This document shows, one piece after another, positions 1 through 9,158 of a stretch of 64,000 nucleotides of DNA. The translations under genes were made by a program, and so were the position numbers. How positions within the stretch are numbered: the first letter of the stretch is position 1; each line of letters opens with the position of its first letter. The notes beneath the pieces are model-generated. The model saw nothing but the letters and a program-made list of their open reading frames with translations. It was not told the DNA's origin and searched no databases. Source of the DNA: a virus; IMG/VR virus record IMGVR_UViG_3300017598_001140, positions 1-64,000 of that record; one strand, written 5' to 3'.

Positions 1-13
1 GAGGACGAGTAAA

Positions 14-367
14 ATGAATTCAGCTCAAATAATAGCAACGCAGCTCGGCGGAACCGGCAGGCTAAGCATGATGATAGGTGCAAAAAATTTCGCGCACGAC
101 AACGACGGCCGGACGCTTCTTTTCAGCTTTCCGAACCGGCAGCGAAGCAAGCCCAATTGCATCAAGGTGACGCACAACGGCAAAGACCTTTACGATGTGG
201 AATTTGGCAGGCGAGGAACAAGGAAGCACAAAGAGCTTGGCGAGTTTGGAGTCAGAGAAGACACGTACAAAATTGTCGGCGAGTATTCGGATATTTTCGC
301 GGACATGTTGATGGATATTTTCGAGAAAGAAACGGAGCTGTATTTGACGATTTCCCCCAGGCGTTAA
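14..367 (+). CDS. Hypothetical phage protein
   Basis: ORF with GAGGA upstream; QLGG...MIGAKNF N-terminus resembles a common small phage protein family. Confidence 0.7.
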   Translation: MNSAQIIATQLGGTGRLSMMIGAKNFAHDNDGRTLLFSFPNRQRSKPNCIKVTHNGKDLYDVEFGRRGTRKHKELGEFGVREDTYKIVGEYSDIFADMLMDIFEKETELYLTISPRR

Positions 368-433
368 AATTTTCTTTTCTTCTCCGTGCCCCCTTGAAAA
401 AGGGGGTATCAAGAAGAGCAGAAAAAAAGGAGT

Positions 434-772
434 ATGGTTATGAAATGTGTGGGAGAGATCACAACGCACGGCGAGACGATTTTGGTTAAAAAAATGAGTG
501 GCCGCCAAATGTGCTCATACGGTCAATACAGCCTTGTAAACGAGAAGGCTACCGGCGCCACGGCTCAAGAGAGAAGAGCTTACCACGGGGCTATCATGCG
601 CGTTCTTGCGAGAAAATGCTTTGGCTCTGTCGTTTTAGAGAAAAGCAGCGGCCTGGAGACTCCAAACGAGGAGCTTGATAAATGGGGTTTCTGCAAGGAG
701 AGCCGTGGCTACGTTAATTCAATAGGCGAAGTAAATTGTGTGGTTGTGGATCACTATCGGATCATGCAGTAG
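434..772 (+). CDS. Hypothetical protein
   Basis: AAGGAG SD before ATG. Confidence 0.7.
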   Translation: MVMKCVGEITTHGETILVKKMSGRQMCSYGQYSLVNEKATGATAQERRAYHGAIMRVLARKCFGSVVLEKSSGLETPNEELDKWGFCKESRGYVNSIGEVNCVVVDHYRIMQ

Positions 773-796
773 CGGCCGGAGAAAAGAGGTGGAAAA

Positions 797-1078
797 ATGA
801 GAGAGCAAAAAGTCAACAAAGTCCGGAGCGCGATGGATGCGGACGTGTGGTTTCTTAGCCAGATGGCGTTACTTGTCGGCCAAGCAGAGATCGAAGTCGA
901 GATTGGAAGCAACGTGGCTTTAAGAAAAAAATTCGACAAGGTTGAACAGATGGCCTGGAATTTGCGCGAAGCGTACGCGCTCAAAGAGGACGGAGCCCCG
1001 CTTTCCAAGGTGCTGCGAAAATTGATAAATATTCAGATATTGCATGCGGAAATAGCGAGAGCCTTCGGAGTGAATTAA
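797..1078 (+). CDS. Hypothetical helical protein
   Basis: GAGGTGG SD; tight spacing. Confidence 0.7.
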   Translation: MREQKVNKVRSAMDADVWFLSQMALLVGQAEIEVEIGSNVALRKKFDKVEQMAWNLREAYALKEDGAPLSKVLRKLINIQILHAEIARAFGVN

Positions 1079-1079
1079 A

Positions 1080-1454
1080 ATGGCAAAGAATTTTGAAAAT
1101 CTTGAAGGCTTGCGGGATTGGTTGAAAAATCCTGCCGCTGTGAAAAAAGAAAAAGAAAACAGCGGCGGCTATTTCGCGAGAGCTTTTTCTGTCTTCGTTG
1201 AAGAGTGGCCTGCAAACGGAAGGGCTCAAGCAGCCCTAGTTATAAGGCTCAGGGGATTGGGCGGATACGAAAAAGCTTCCGGCGGATTCTTGACGCCTCC
1301 ATTGGGAAAAATAGTAAAGCTGATGCAAACTCCAAAAGTCGATTTGCCTGTATTGGTTTATGGCGGATTGGTGAAACTAGCGGCGGACGCTTATGTTTCT
1401 GAATTGGTTGAAGCAGGGTGTGAAGCGTACGCCATTCTTGAAGAAGAAGAGTAG
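1080..1454 (+). CDS. Hypothetical protein with N-terminal FxxLxxLRDW motif
   Basis: GGAG SD; starts MAKNFENLEGLRDWLK. Confidence 0.7.
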   Translation: MAKNFENLEGLRDWLKNPAAVKKEKENSGGYFARAFSVFVEEWPANGRAQAALVIRLRGLGGYEKASGGFLTPPLGKIVKLMQTPKVDLPVLVYGGLVKLAADAYVSELVEAGCEAYAILEEEE

Positions 1455-1474
1455 CAAAAAACGGAGGTCGGCCG

Positions 1475-1741
1475 GTGTCAAGTTTCGAGAAATGCGGAGT
1501 CTGTGGTTTGAGATACGATGGCTTTAAAACCGGGCTTACTTTTGGCGATGTCTATTCGATGTTTTGGAGCAACGAAAACGACAACAGAACTTTTGTGAAT
1601 AAAAGCCGGAACGTGATTCTTGGAAAGTGGAGTCAAATAAAAAGAGAAATGTGGGAAGAGCATGTCGAATACTGCGAGAGATGCGAAGCGGAATTTGGCG
1701 GCGCTGATATTGTGGAACACGTTGAACGGATAGAGTATTGA
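1475..1741 (+). CDS. Hypothetical Cys-containing (zinc-binding?) protein
   Basis: GGAGG SD, GTG start; CGVC and H..CERC. Confidence 0.65.
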   Translation: MSSFEKCGVCGLRYDGFKTGLTFGDVYSMFWSNENDNRTFVNKSRNVILGKWSQIKREMWEEHVEYCERCEAEFGGADIVEHVERIEY

Positions 1742-1744
1742 AAG

Positions 1745-2188
1745 GTGGAAAAAATGAGTAGCAATCCAGAAAACAAATTGGTCGGTCAGGCGCTTCGCGA
1801 ATTCGTGACGGCGGGGAAAGCTTTCTTCACTATTCAGAACCCAGAAACGGGGAGCCGTTTTACTTTCAAGATGACGCAGGCAAAAAACAAAAACGGCCCG
1901 TCTCCTCTATGGTTTGTGAGCGTGTTGACCGGGCCTGATAATTACATGAATTATTCGTACATTGGATTTGTTCGGGATTGGATTTTTGTGTACGGCGGAG
2001 AGAAAGCGAAGCTCGGCAGAGAATCGAAAAGTGTAAAGGCGTTTGGCTGGCTGTGGAGGCATCTGGAAAATCCAGCGCCAGCAGTCGTGTGGCATGAAAA
2101 GAAGTGCTGTCGATGCGGTCGCAAACTGACAACGCCGGAGTCGATTGGAAGAGGGATTGGACCGGAGTGCATGAAGGTGGCGTCATGA
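1745..2188 (+). CDS. DUF6011-like zinc-finger protein
   Basis: C-terminal CCRCGRKLTTPESIGRGIGPEC signature. Confidence 0.75.
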   Translation: MEKMSSNPENKLVGQALREFVTAGKAFFTIQNPETGSRFTFKMTQAKNKNGPSPLWFVSVLTGPDNYMNYSYIGFVRDWIFVYGGEKAKLGRESKSVKAFGWLWRHLENPAPAVVWHEKKCCRCGRKLTTPESIGRGIGPECMKVAS

Positions 2189-2547
2189 AAGAGCTAGGCA
2201 AATGTTACGAAATGTCGGGAAAAGTTTTCATGGATCATAGCATGGGTTTTGGTTCGCCGCTCAGAGACGTGCTATCACAGGGTTTCCAGGTTGTATTGGT
2301 GCACGGATTGCCAACGCTTCAAGTGGAGCCGTTTATTAAGTACGGCCACGCATGGCTGGAAATTGGCGAGTCGCTCGTGTACGACGCCGAGAGGGATTTG
2401 GTTATTTTGAAGCATCTGTTTTATGAAGGCGGAGAAATCGATCCGGAGGAGTGCTTTCGGTACGATTTTGAAACTTTTAGGAAGCGGTTGAACAGGTTCA
2501 AACATTGGGGGCCGTGGGACGGCCCAGAAGGCTGTGGGCCAGTGTGA
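2185..2547 (+). CDS. Small protein with possible Cys-His-Asp (papain/transglutaminase-like) catalytic residues
   Basis: ATG at 2185 overlaps upstream TGA; GKCYE...VHG...GHAWLE...VYD. Confidence 0.5.
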   Translation: MKELGKCYEMSGKVFMDHSMGFGSPLRDVLSQGFQVVLVHGLPTLQVEPFIKYGHAWLEIGESLVYDAERDLVILKHLFYEGGEIDPEECFRYDFETFRKRLNRFKHWGPWDGPEGCGPV

Positions 2548-2576
2548 AAAAAAGAGAAAATGGATGTCGTATTTTC

Positions 2577-2605
2577 TTGATTTCTGAACTCTAAAATGTG
2601 ATAAT
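2577..2605 (+). promoter_or_regulatory. Sigma70-like promoter
   Basis: TTGATT-17 bp-GATAAT with TG extended -10, intergenic before the radical SAM gene. Confidence 0.55.
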
Positions 2606-2635
2606 TAAATTGAAGAAAGGGAGAACGGCCAAACA

Positions 2636-2676
2636 AAAAAATCAACTAGACGAGAGACAACCTAGACATGAAAGGC
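2636..2676 (+). promoter_or_regulatory. Bipartite promoter-like motif, copy 1
   Basis: AAAAAATCAAC-N12-AACCTAGACAT; same spacing as four other intergenic copies. Confidence 0.55.
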
Positions 2677-2699
2677 GAGCAGAGTTTTTGCCTTTCATG
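2667..2699 (+). promoter_or_regulatory. Inverted repeat/hairpin in the leader of the radical SAM gene
   Basis: CATGAAAGGC...GCCTTTCATG perfect 10-bp inverted repeat. Confidence 0.5.
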
Positions 2700-2722
2700 A
2701 AGAGAGAGGAAGAGAGAAAATC

Positions 2723-3469
2723 ATGGACGTAATTTACACACCAAAAGGAAGAGCATTGGAGTACGCCGATCACGCATTGAACTTGTTTGAAGGATGCGAG
2801 CACGGCTGCACGTATTGTTACGCACCGTCAGCGATGCGTAGAGACAGAACCGAATACCACGCGACGGCGAAACCGAGGAAAGATATTTTGAAGAGATTGA
2901 AGAGGGATGTTGATAAATTCAAAGAACAAGATCTGTTTAGCAAAGCAGAGAAAAAACCGGAGTCGGTTTTGCTCAGCTTCTCGTCTGATCCGTATCAACC
3001 AATTGAAGAAAAAGTTTGTGTCACTAGGAAGGCAATTGAGCTTTTGCACAGCGTCGGAATAAACGTGCAGATTCTAACCAAAGGCGGGCCGCGAGCCGAG
3101 AGAGATTTTGACCTGTTGAAGTCGTCGGATTTTTTTGCAACGACGATGACATTTTTGGACGAGGACGATTCGATTGAGTGGGAGCCGAAAGCAGCAACCC
3201 CGGCGGAGAGAATTGCAACGATAAGAAAAGCGAAAAAGATTGGAATTCAAACGTGGGTCAGTCTTGAGCCGGTGATAAGCGTCGAGCAGACATTGGCCAT
3301 AATTGACGAGACGCATGAAGAGGTCGATTTGTTCAAGGTCGGAACTCTAAACCACCACGCGCTTTCCAAGACTATCGATTGGAAAAAATTTCGTCGCGAT
3401 GTAGAAGCAAAGCTCAAGTCGTATGGAAAAAATTACTACTTGAAGAAAGATTTGAGGGCGCATGGCTGA
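2723..3469 (+). CDS. Radical SAM protein, spore-photoproduct-lyase-like family
   Basis: LNLFEGCEHGCTYCYA (CxxxCxxC), SSDPYQPIE, ILTKG, WVSLEP. Confidence 0.85.
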   Translation: MDVIYTPKGRALEYADHALNLFEGCEHGCTYCYAPSAMRRDRTEYHATAKPRKDILKRLKRDVDKFKEQDLFSKAEKKPESVLLSFSSDPYQPIEEKVCVTRKAIELLHSVGINVQILTKGGPRAERDFDLLKSSDFFATTMTFLDEDDSIEWEPKAATPAERIATIRKAKKIGIQTWVSLEPVISVEQTLAIIDETHEEVDLFKVGTLNHHALSKTIDWKKFRRDVEAKLKSYGKNYYLKKDLRAHG

Positions 3470-4085
3470 TGTAAAAATTGTTAGCGGTATCGAGGTCCAT
3501 TGCTCGTATGACAAAATTGTTCCTGTCAAGAAATTGAGGCCGCGAAAAAAGAACCCGAACAAGCATCCGGAAGAGCAGATTCTTTTGTATGGGAAAGTGT
3601 TGAAAGGGAACGGCTGGCGGCGACCGATAACGGTCAGCAATTTGTCGGGGTTTATAACCAGAGGCCACGGCGCTCGATTGGCTGCGATTGAACTAGGTTT
3701 GAAATCGGTGCCGGTTGATTATCAAGATTACGAATCCGAGGACGCGGAGTGGGCGGATATTTTGGCGGACAATGAGCTGGCGCGAAAAGCGAAAATGGAC
3801 ATGCCAATGGTCGCAGATATTCTCAGCGATTTTGAAGGCGATTTCGACAAAGAATTGACCGGCTACATGGAGGCGGAAATTGATTCATTGGTTGAAGGGG
3901 TATTGGACGGCGTTGAGCATCTTGATTTGGAAGAGGAATTGATTGATTTGAATATGGAGGAAGTAGTGAGGGAGCCGATCTGGGTCGTTGTCCGAACAAC
4001 GGCTGGAAATAAGGACGCGCTTGAAGAGGTTTTTTCTGTTTTGAAAAACAACAAAAAAATAAAGATTGAGAAGAGCTATGATTGA
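3462..4085 (+). CDS. ParB/Srx N-terminal-like domain protein
   Basis: NPNKHP...GWRRPITV...GHGARLAA...VPV...ILADN. Confidence 0.85.
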   Translation: MADVKIVSGIEVHCSYDKIVPVKKLRPRKKNPNKHPEEQILLYGKVLKGNGWRRPITVSNLSGFITRGHGARLAAIELGLKSVPVDYQDYESEDAEWADILADNELARKAKMDMPMVADILSDFEGDFDKELTGYMEAEIDSLVEGVLDGVEHLDLEEELIDLNMEEVVREPIWVVVRTTAGNKDALEEVFSVLKNNKKIKIEKSYD

Positions 4086-4725
4086 AATCCAAACGGATAA
4101 CAGCGCGGCCGGTTTCAAGTCGGATTTGAGAAAAAAATACACAACAGAAAAAAGCAGAGTGCTGGATTTGTTTTGTGGCTCCGGTGCCATGTACAAGCTC
4201 GCGTATGAAGGGCGAGTAAAAAAATATCACGGCGTCGACAAAGAGAAGATTCACGATGAAAAAATTTGCACGCTAACAGACAACACAAGCTTTGTAAAAA
4301 GCAGAGACATAAGCGGCTACAACGTTTTTGATTTGGACGCCTACGGCGACCCTTGGAAGCTTCTATATCTGATTTTGCAAAAGGCTCCGGATAGGCCGTT
4401 GGTGATTTTTTTAACGGACGGAAACAGAAAGCGGTTTGTGAGGTATCAGGCATTGACGAGAGTTCTGAGAGCCAGTGAAAATATAAAAGTCGGAATGGAG
4501 ATTCCGAACCTTGCAAATTTTTATGAAGAAATTGTGTCAACTTATCTCTTGAAAATAACGGAGTTGACCGGGCGCAAAATCAAGTTGGCCCGGTACGCAT
4601 TGAAAGCAAAATTGAGCGGCGACGAGTCGGGGAATAATCGAGCCGATACAGTCGCTTATTGGGTCGTAAAAATTAAACGAAAAAAGGAGAAAGCAAATGT
4701 CAGAAGAAGAAAAGAAAAATCGTAA
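4078..4725 (+). CDS. Class I SAM-dependent methyltransferase-like protein
   Basis: VLDLFCGSG motif I; FDLDAYGDP motif IV-like. Confidence 0.7.
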   Translation: MIEIQTDNSAAGFKSDLRKKYTTEKSRVLDLFCGSGAMYKLAYEGRVKKYHGVDKEKIHDEKICTLTDNTSFVKSRDISGYNVFDLDAYGDPWKLLYLILQKAPDRPLVIFLTDGNRKRFVRYQALTRVLRASENIKVGMEIPNLANFYEEIVSTYLLKITELTGRKIKLARYALKAKLSGDESGNNRADTVAYWVVKIKRKKEKANVRRRKEKS

Positions 4726-5139
4726 GTCGAAGAAGGCGGCGGTTAAGGCAAAGTTGGAGGCGCTCGAAGCAGAAATTTTGGAGTTGAAAAAGAGCAAGGA
4801 TGCTTTGATCAATTCTCTCACGGCATCAGAGCAGGCGAGCCAAGTATTTATTCGGGAATTGAAGGAACACTGGAGATCGCAGATTCGCTTGAAATGGTCT
4901 TGGATTTTCCCGACGATCAAAAAACTGTGATCCGGCTCGCGGTGTGCGCGCTTCGTGGTCGAAGCATTGCTTCGTTTTTGTCGGATTACAAGCAGCAGGC
5001 GGACGACTCCGAAGACGGCGGGTACACGGGAGAGAAAGTGAAGAAAACACCTGCTAAACCTAACAAGTCGAACGGCGCAAAAAAAGCCAAGTCAACCGGC
5101 GGAAACAGCAAGGGTAAAACACTGGCCGCGCCTGCTTGA
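4697..5139 (+). CDS. Hypothetical protein, probably one gene broken by a -1 frameshift (ORFs 4697-4930 and 4894-5139)
   Basis: AAGGAG SD at 4697; the -1 frame is open from about 4746 to 5139. Confidence 0.45.
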
Positions 5140-5182
5140 ACCAATCCCTTTTTTCTTTCCAAAAAAATATTTTCAAGAGTCG

Positions 5183-5223
5183 TAAAAATCAACTGCTAGA
5201 TTGCTAATCCAATCATATAAGGC
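5183..5223 (+). promoter_or_regulatory. Bipartite promoter-like motif, copy 2
   Basis: TAAAAATCAAC-N12-AATCCAATCAT. Confidence 0.55.
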
Positions 5224-5237
5224 AAGGAGGTGCGAAA

Positions 5238-5588
5238 GTGGAGGAGAAAATTTTCAAGTGCAAGCAGTGCGGAAAATGCTGTCAGGCTTTTGAGGTCGGC
5301 GCGGTCGGCGAAGATTGGGCGGAGAAGATTGGATTCGAGCACATGTATGTGGACGTGGTTGACGATTTTTATATAAAAAGAGTCAGGCGCGATTGGGCTT
5401 TTTCGTGGGCTGTCGATGGGGTGTGTAAATTCTTAACGGAAGAATTGAAATGCTCAATCCACGACAGGAGGCCGCTCGTGTGTAATTGGTGGGAATGTCG
5501 CGGCACAAAAAAGAGCCGCTTGAACAAGGCGATCAAAGAGCTGAAAGTGAAAAGCGAAAATGAGCAAGAGCAAAAAAAATCTGCTTAA
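5238..5588 (+). CDS. YkgJ-family cysteine-cluster (CxxCxxCC) protein
   Basis: FKCKQCGKCC...CKFL...CSIHDRRPLVC; AAGGAGG SD. Confidence 0.85.
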   Translation: MEEKIFKCKQCGKCCQAFEVGAVGEDWAEKIGFEHMYVDVVDDFYIKRVRRDWAFSWAVDGVCKFLTEELKCSIHDRRPLVCNWWECRGTKKSRLNKAIKELKVKSENEQEQKKSA

Positions 5589-5823
5589 TGTTTTGGAGCA
5601 GGAGTGCGAAAGAGTGGAGGCGATTTCAAAGTACCTTTTGAAAAAAAAGAACGGGCCGCAAAATCCTATTGTTGGGATGCAAGTCACAATGGCGTCGAAT
5701 TGTTTGCGGGTGGCTTGCTACGCTGCCGGGAAAGAGCAAGGCGACGGAATCGACAAAGGCGCATTGGCTAAGCAGTTTGTCGATTTTCTAGGCGACCAAG
5801 AGCAGATAGCCGGGAAGGTATGA
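5560..5823 (+). CDS. Hypothetical protein
   Basis: ORF fills gap, overlaps both neighbours. Confidence 0.6.
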   Translation: MSKSKKNLLNVLEQECERVEAISKYLLKKKNGPQNPIVGMQVTMASNCLRVACYAAGKEQGDGIDKGALAKQFVDFLGDQEQIAGKV

Positions 5824-6229
5824 AAAAAATGGAAGCGACAACTTTTGAAAGTGTGGAGGCGCTGAGAAATTTTTTTAGAAGCGGGTGTCCCGTGCCGGAG
5901 CGAAAACCGGCGAAGGTTGAACCGGTAGATCCGTCGTTGCTAGAGGCGATGAGAGAGGTCACTTCCGAAGAGGTTGTACAGGCGGAAAGGTCGGCCGGTT
6001 TAAAAGTGCCTTGGTACATGCCGACGACAAAAGATTGGGATAGGGTTGAAAGCTTGTCAAAAAAGAAAAACATGATCACGGCGACAAGGGCGCATCTTGA
6101 AGCATAAAAGATCCACGCAAGGCGGCTCGGCGTGGGTGGGCTGCTGAGAAAAAAGATCGGCCGATTATGGCGAAAATATTTTTCGATAGGTATCACGAAT
6201 TGATGAAGGCTCCGTGCTGGAAAAAATGA
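5820..6229 (+). CDS. Hypothetical protein with N-terminal FxSxxxLR motif; appears to continue in the -1 frame past 6107
   Basis: -1 frame SIKDPRKAARRGWAA...CWKK ends at TGA 6227-6229, overlapping the next ATG. Confidence 0.5.
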
Positions 6230-6678
6230 ACGAGCCGAAAACATTTGGGAGCATCGGCGAGCTTCGCGATTGGATTCGTGGAGGCTGTCCAATGGGCGTG
6301 GTAGTCGGTGAGGTTGAAGCGCCAAAAACAAAAAAGAAAAAATTTGTCGAGCGTCGTTCTCTCGAAGTTTCTTTCGATCCGCGAGTCGCAGGAAAAAAGC
6401 CGGAGGCGCGAAGATTGAAGCCGGAGTTTAGCGCGGTGGAAAGGGACAGGCTGCGCGTGGTCGTTTCGGACGTGGTTGAAGAGGTTGTGGTGGTCGGCGA
6501 TCTCGTTGCGAAAGTGACGGCGGCTATTTCCACGGAAATGGCAATGTGGCCGGTGCTCAGGTTGAACGAAATTTTTTGTGTCGATGTCGAAAAGGTTCCG
6601 GTGAGAGTGGCTATCCGTGCCGATGAAGAAAAGCACGGAATCGAGCTGTCTTTTTTTGTTCAAAAGTCTGCAAAGTAA
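6226..6678 (+). CDS. Hypothetical protein with N-terminal FGSIGELRDW motif
   Basis: ATG 6226 in ATGA overlap. Confidence 0.65.
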   Translation: MNEPKTFGSIGELRDWIRGGCPMGVVVGEVEAPKTKKKKFVERRSLEVSFDPRVAGKKPEARRLKPEFSAVERDRLRVVVSDVVEEVVVVGDLVAKVTAAISTEMAMWPVLRLNEIFCVDVEKVPVRVAIRADEEKHGIELSFFVQKSAK

Positions 6679-6728
6679 ATCTGAAAAATGCAAGATAATT
6701 TGACTTTTTCGGAGGAAGATTTATCTTT

Positions 6729-7085
6729 ATGGAAAGAGGCAGTCGCTTGAAGGCGAAAGGGAAACAGGAATTGCAGTCGAAAAACGAAACACCAGAAGCA
6801 GCCAGAAATAGTTTCGGGCTTGTTTTGTCTGGATTCGATAAAGGTGCCACAAGGCAACACAAAGTCGTTATGGATCAGCTAACCCTACATATCGTAAATC
6901 TGGCCCAAGAGGAACACGGGCGCTTTCACGGCGTTCTCAGGGGTAAGATCCGGTTTGTTTTCCCTAGCAAAGAGCATGCGATCCGTTTTATGCAGGCTGT
7001 GCACGATGATTTCCCGTCTGTGAACCTACAAGCTTGCAGCGAATGGAAACGAGTAGACGTTCAGAACATGACCGCCGCCGCCTGA
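6729..7085 (+). CDS. Hypothetical protein (start uncertain)
   Basis: ORF fills gap; GGAGG upstream. Confidence 0.55.
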   Translation: MERGSRLKAKGKQELQSKNETPEAARNSFGLVLSGFDKGATRQHKVVMDQLTLHIVNLAQEEHGRFHGVLRGKIRFVFPSKEHAIRFMQAVHDDFPSVNLQACSEWKRVDVQNMTAAA

Positions 7086-7122
7086 TTTTTTTCGCTTCAA
7101 GTAGCGTTTTTTTTCTTTTCAT

Positions 7123-7156
7123 TTTTTTTCACCACGGCGGCTCCAAAACTGGTCAG
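7123..7156 (+). promoter_or_regulatory. Bipartite promoter-like motif, copy 3
   Basis: TCACCACGGCGGCTCCAAAACTGGTCAG, 24/28 identical to 18667-18694. Confidence 0.6.
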
Positions 7157-7174
7157 AAGTTTTGAGGTGAAAAA

Positions 7175-8362
7175 ATGAAAATAAACAGGAAAGCATTACA
7201 GGCCGCTTTGGCTGAATTCTCAAAAATCGCGGACAAAAAACAACCGGACAAAATGTTCAGAAGTGTTCGCTTCAACTCGACAAAAAAGGGGACGTGTCAT
7301 TTGGCGGCGTGCTCTGAAAATGTTTTTGCGAAAAACGTTCTCAAGTGCTCGGAGGTTGGTGAGGACGAGAGGCCGGTTGAAGATGTGTGGTTTGATGTTT
7401 TGTTGCTGAAAGCTTTGGCGTCTGGGCGGTGTGAAAAAGATGAGTCGGTCGAAATTTATTCGGATGGGACTTTGGGCGCGGCCAAGGTTGTTTGTGATGG
7501 AATCGAAGCGAGTTTGAAAGTGGTTGATTCGTCGGAGTTTCTTTTTGATGCTCCAAGAGGCTGGCGCGAATTTATAGAGCTGGATGCAAAAGCTCTTTCC
7601 GGTGCGCTGGAGTATGTTTTGCCGGTTGTTGATTTTAAAGAAAAGCGAAAAAATATTGCTGGTGTTTTTTTTGATTCGGTTGAAAGCTCTGTTGTTGCTA
7701 CCGATGGGCATTCTTTGCACGTTGCAAAGTTTGAGTTTCGCGGAGACGAAGTTGAATCGTTTTCGGTCGTAAGCGGAGTCGAATCGGTTGCGAGGGTTTC
7801 GAAGAAAATTTCAAAAAATTCTGTCTGTAAATTTGCGCTTGCAAAGGGCGAGAATCCTGAGTGGGTTAATTTTCGTTTTGTCGATGTTGACGCGGTGAGT
7901 ATTTGGGAGGTTGCGGTTCGTACAAACGAAGAAGAGTATCCGCCCTATGAAGAGCTGGTTCCGAAAAAAAACCCTGTCATGTTTTTTGATTCGAGGGAAC
8001 TTGAAAAACGCTTAAAGCATATCGCCAAAATCAAGGCGGAAACAATTGACATTTTTATTGGTGAGAAAAGAGCTACGTTTCGAACTTTGTTTTCTGAAGT
8101 TGGCGATTTAGTTTTGGACGTTCCTTTTTCTTCAAGCGAGTGTGAAGAAGGCCAGGAATGTCGTTCGCAACTCGATCCGAAATTGCTTGAACTTTCTGTG
8201 GCGAATACAGGTGGCGAAGTAGATGTGTCTTTTTCGCTTAGCAGTGAAGATCCGAACGCTGCGCTTCGTGTCGACGTTGGCGAAAAATTTGTGGCCGTCG
8301 TTGCTCCTGTGAAGTACCTTGAGCTTGACGACGAAGACGACGAAGACGACGTAGAGGAGTAG
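7175..8362 (+). CDS. dnaN: DNA polymerase III beta (sliding clamp)-like protein
   Basis: About 390 aa; MKINRKALQAAL start, VVATDGHSL, YPPYEELVP, C-terminal AVVAPV; acidic tail. Confidence 0.75.
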   Translation: MKINRKALQAALAEFSKIADKKQPDKMFRSVRFNSTKKGTCHLAACSENVFAKNVLKCSEVGEDERPVEDVWFDVLLLKALASGRCEKDESVEIYSDGTLGAAKVVCDGIEASLKVVDSSEFLFDAPRGWREFIELDAKALSGALEYVLPVVDFKEKRKNIAGVFFDSVESSVVATDGHSLHVAKFEFRGDEVESFSVVSGVESVARVSKKISKNSVCKFALAKGENPEWVNFRFVDVDAVSIWEVAVRTNEEEYPPYEELVPKKNPVMFFDSRELEKRLKHIAKIKAETIDIFIGEKRATFRTLFSEVGDLVLDVPFSSSECEEGQECRSQLDPKLLELSVANTGGEVDVSFSLSSEDPNAALRVDVGEKFVAVVAPVKYLELDDEDDEDDVEE

Positions 8363-8414
8363 AACCCCGTTTTCGAAAAATTTTGTTTTGTAACTTTTTT
8401 GAATTAGAATCGTG

Positions 8415-8442
8415 TTCGTGATTTTTTTATTGGTGGTATAAT
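8415..8442 (+). promoter_or_regulatory. Extended -10 promoter
   Basis: TG-G-TATAAT at 8434-8442 in an AT-rich intergenic region. Confidence 0.6.
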
Positions 8443-8486
8443 GTAGGGGCGTTCGCAAATAAAGAAGCTGATTGGAAGTCGAATAA

Positions 8487-9158
8487 ATGAAATTAACAAA
8501 AGCGCAATTGAAGGAAGCTGCGGCGACTATTTACAACAAGTTGTCTGACGGTTTGACGGACAAAGAAGTCATTGAAGATATGGGGTTGGCTGTCGACGAA
8601 TACATGGTGTTGAAAGAGGCGATGTTAGACCAGAAAGCGGATGAGGTTAGGTCGCGCCCCCATGAGCATATTTATATCGAGTACATGATAGCGCAAACCG
8701 GAAACGTTCGTGACCTTACGGACATGATCGATTCGCTTCACAAAAAAAAGCAGTACTCTGCATTGGTTAGCGCAGTGCGAGCCCGGTCTGATATTTTGGA
8801 CAGATTGGTGGAGAAGGGCCAGGAGTTTGGTCTTATACACAAAACGCCTGAGAGGAAAGAGATAGTTGCAGGTGTAATGATTGCCGAGCTTTCAAATACA
8901 GAATTGAAAAAATTGATTCTTGGAGAGCTTGGAATGTTGAACGATTTGAGAAAGCAGTTTGGCGAGAAAAATTTTGCAGAGGTCAAAGAAGAAAACGACA
9001 TACATTACGGGAGGGCTTTGCCTCCGAAACCGGAGAGCGAAGAAGGTGCCAAAGTGCTTGGCAAAAACGAGGTGCCGAAACACAACAAAGCAAACGCAAG
9101 CAAAGTAAGAAAGGGGCGTCGTGTTCTAAGAAAACCGGCACCGATAAACGTGGAGTAA
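8487..9158 (+). CDS. Putative terminase small subunit
   Basis: N-terminal HTH-like segment, helical core, GLI..PERKEI, LSNTEL, basic tail; upstream of TerL. Confidence 0.45.
   Translation: MKLTKAQLKEAAATIYNKLSDGLTDKEVIEDMGLAVDEYMVLKEAMLDQKADEVRSRPHEHIYIEYMIAQTGNVRDLTDMIDSLHKKKQYSALVSAVRARSDILDRLVEKGQEFGLIHKTPERKEIVAGVMIAELSNTELKKLILGELGMLNDLRKQFGEKNFAEVKEENDIHYGRALPPKPESEEGAKVLGKNEVPKHNKANASKVRKGRRVLRKPAPINVE

Noticed and set aside
2921-2940. EQDLF in the radical SAM protein as a beta-clamp-binding motif
   Set aside because: Gln is one position off the QL[SD]LF consensus; too short to support
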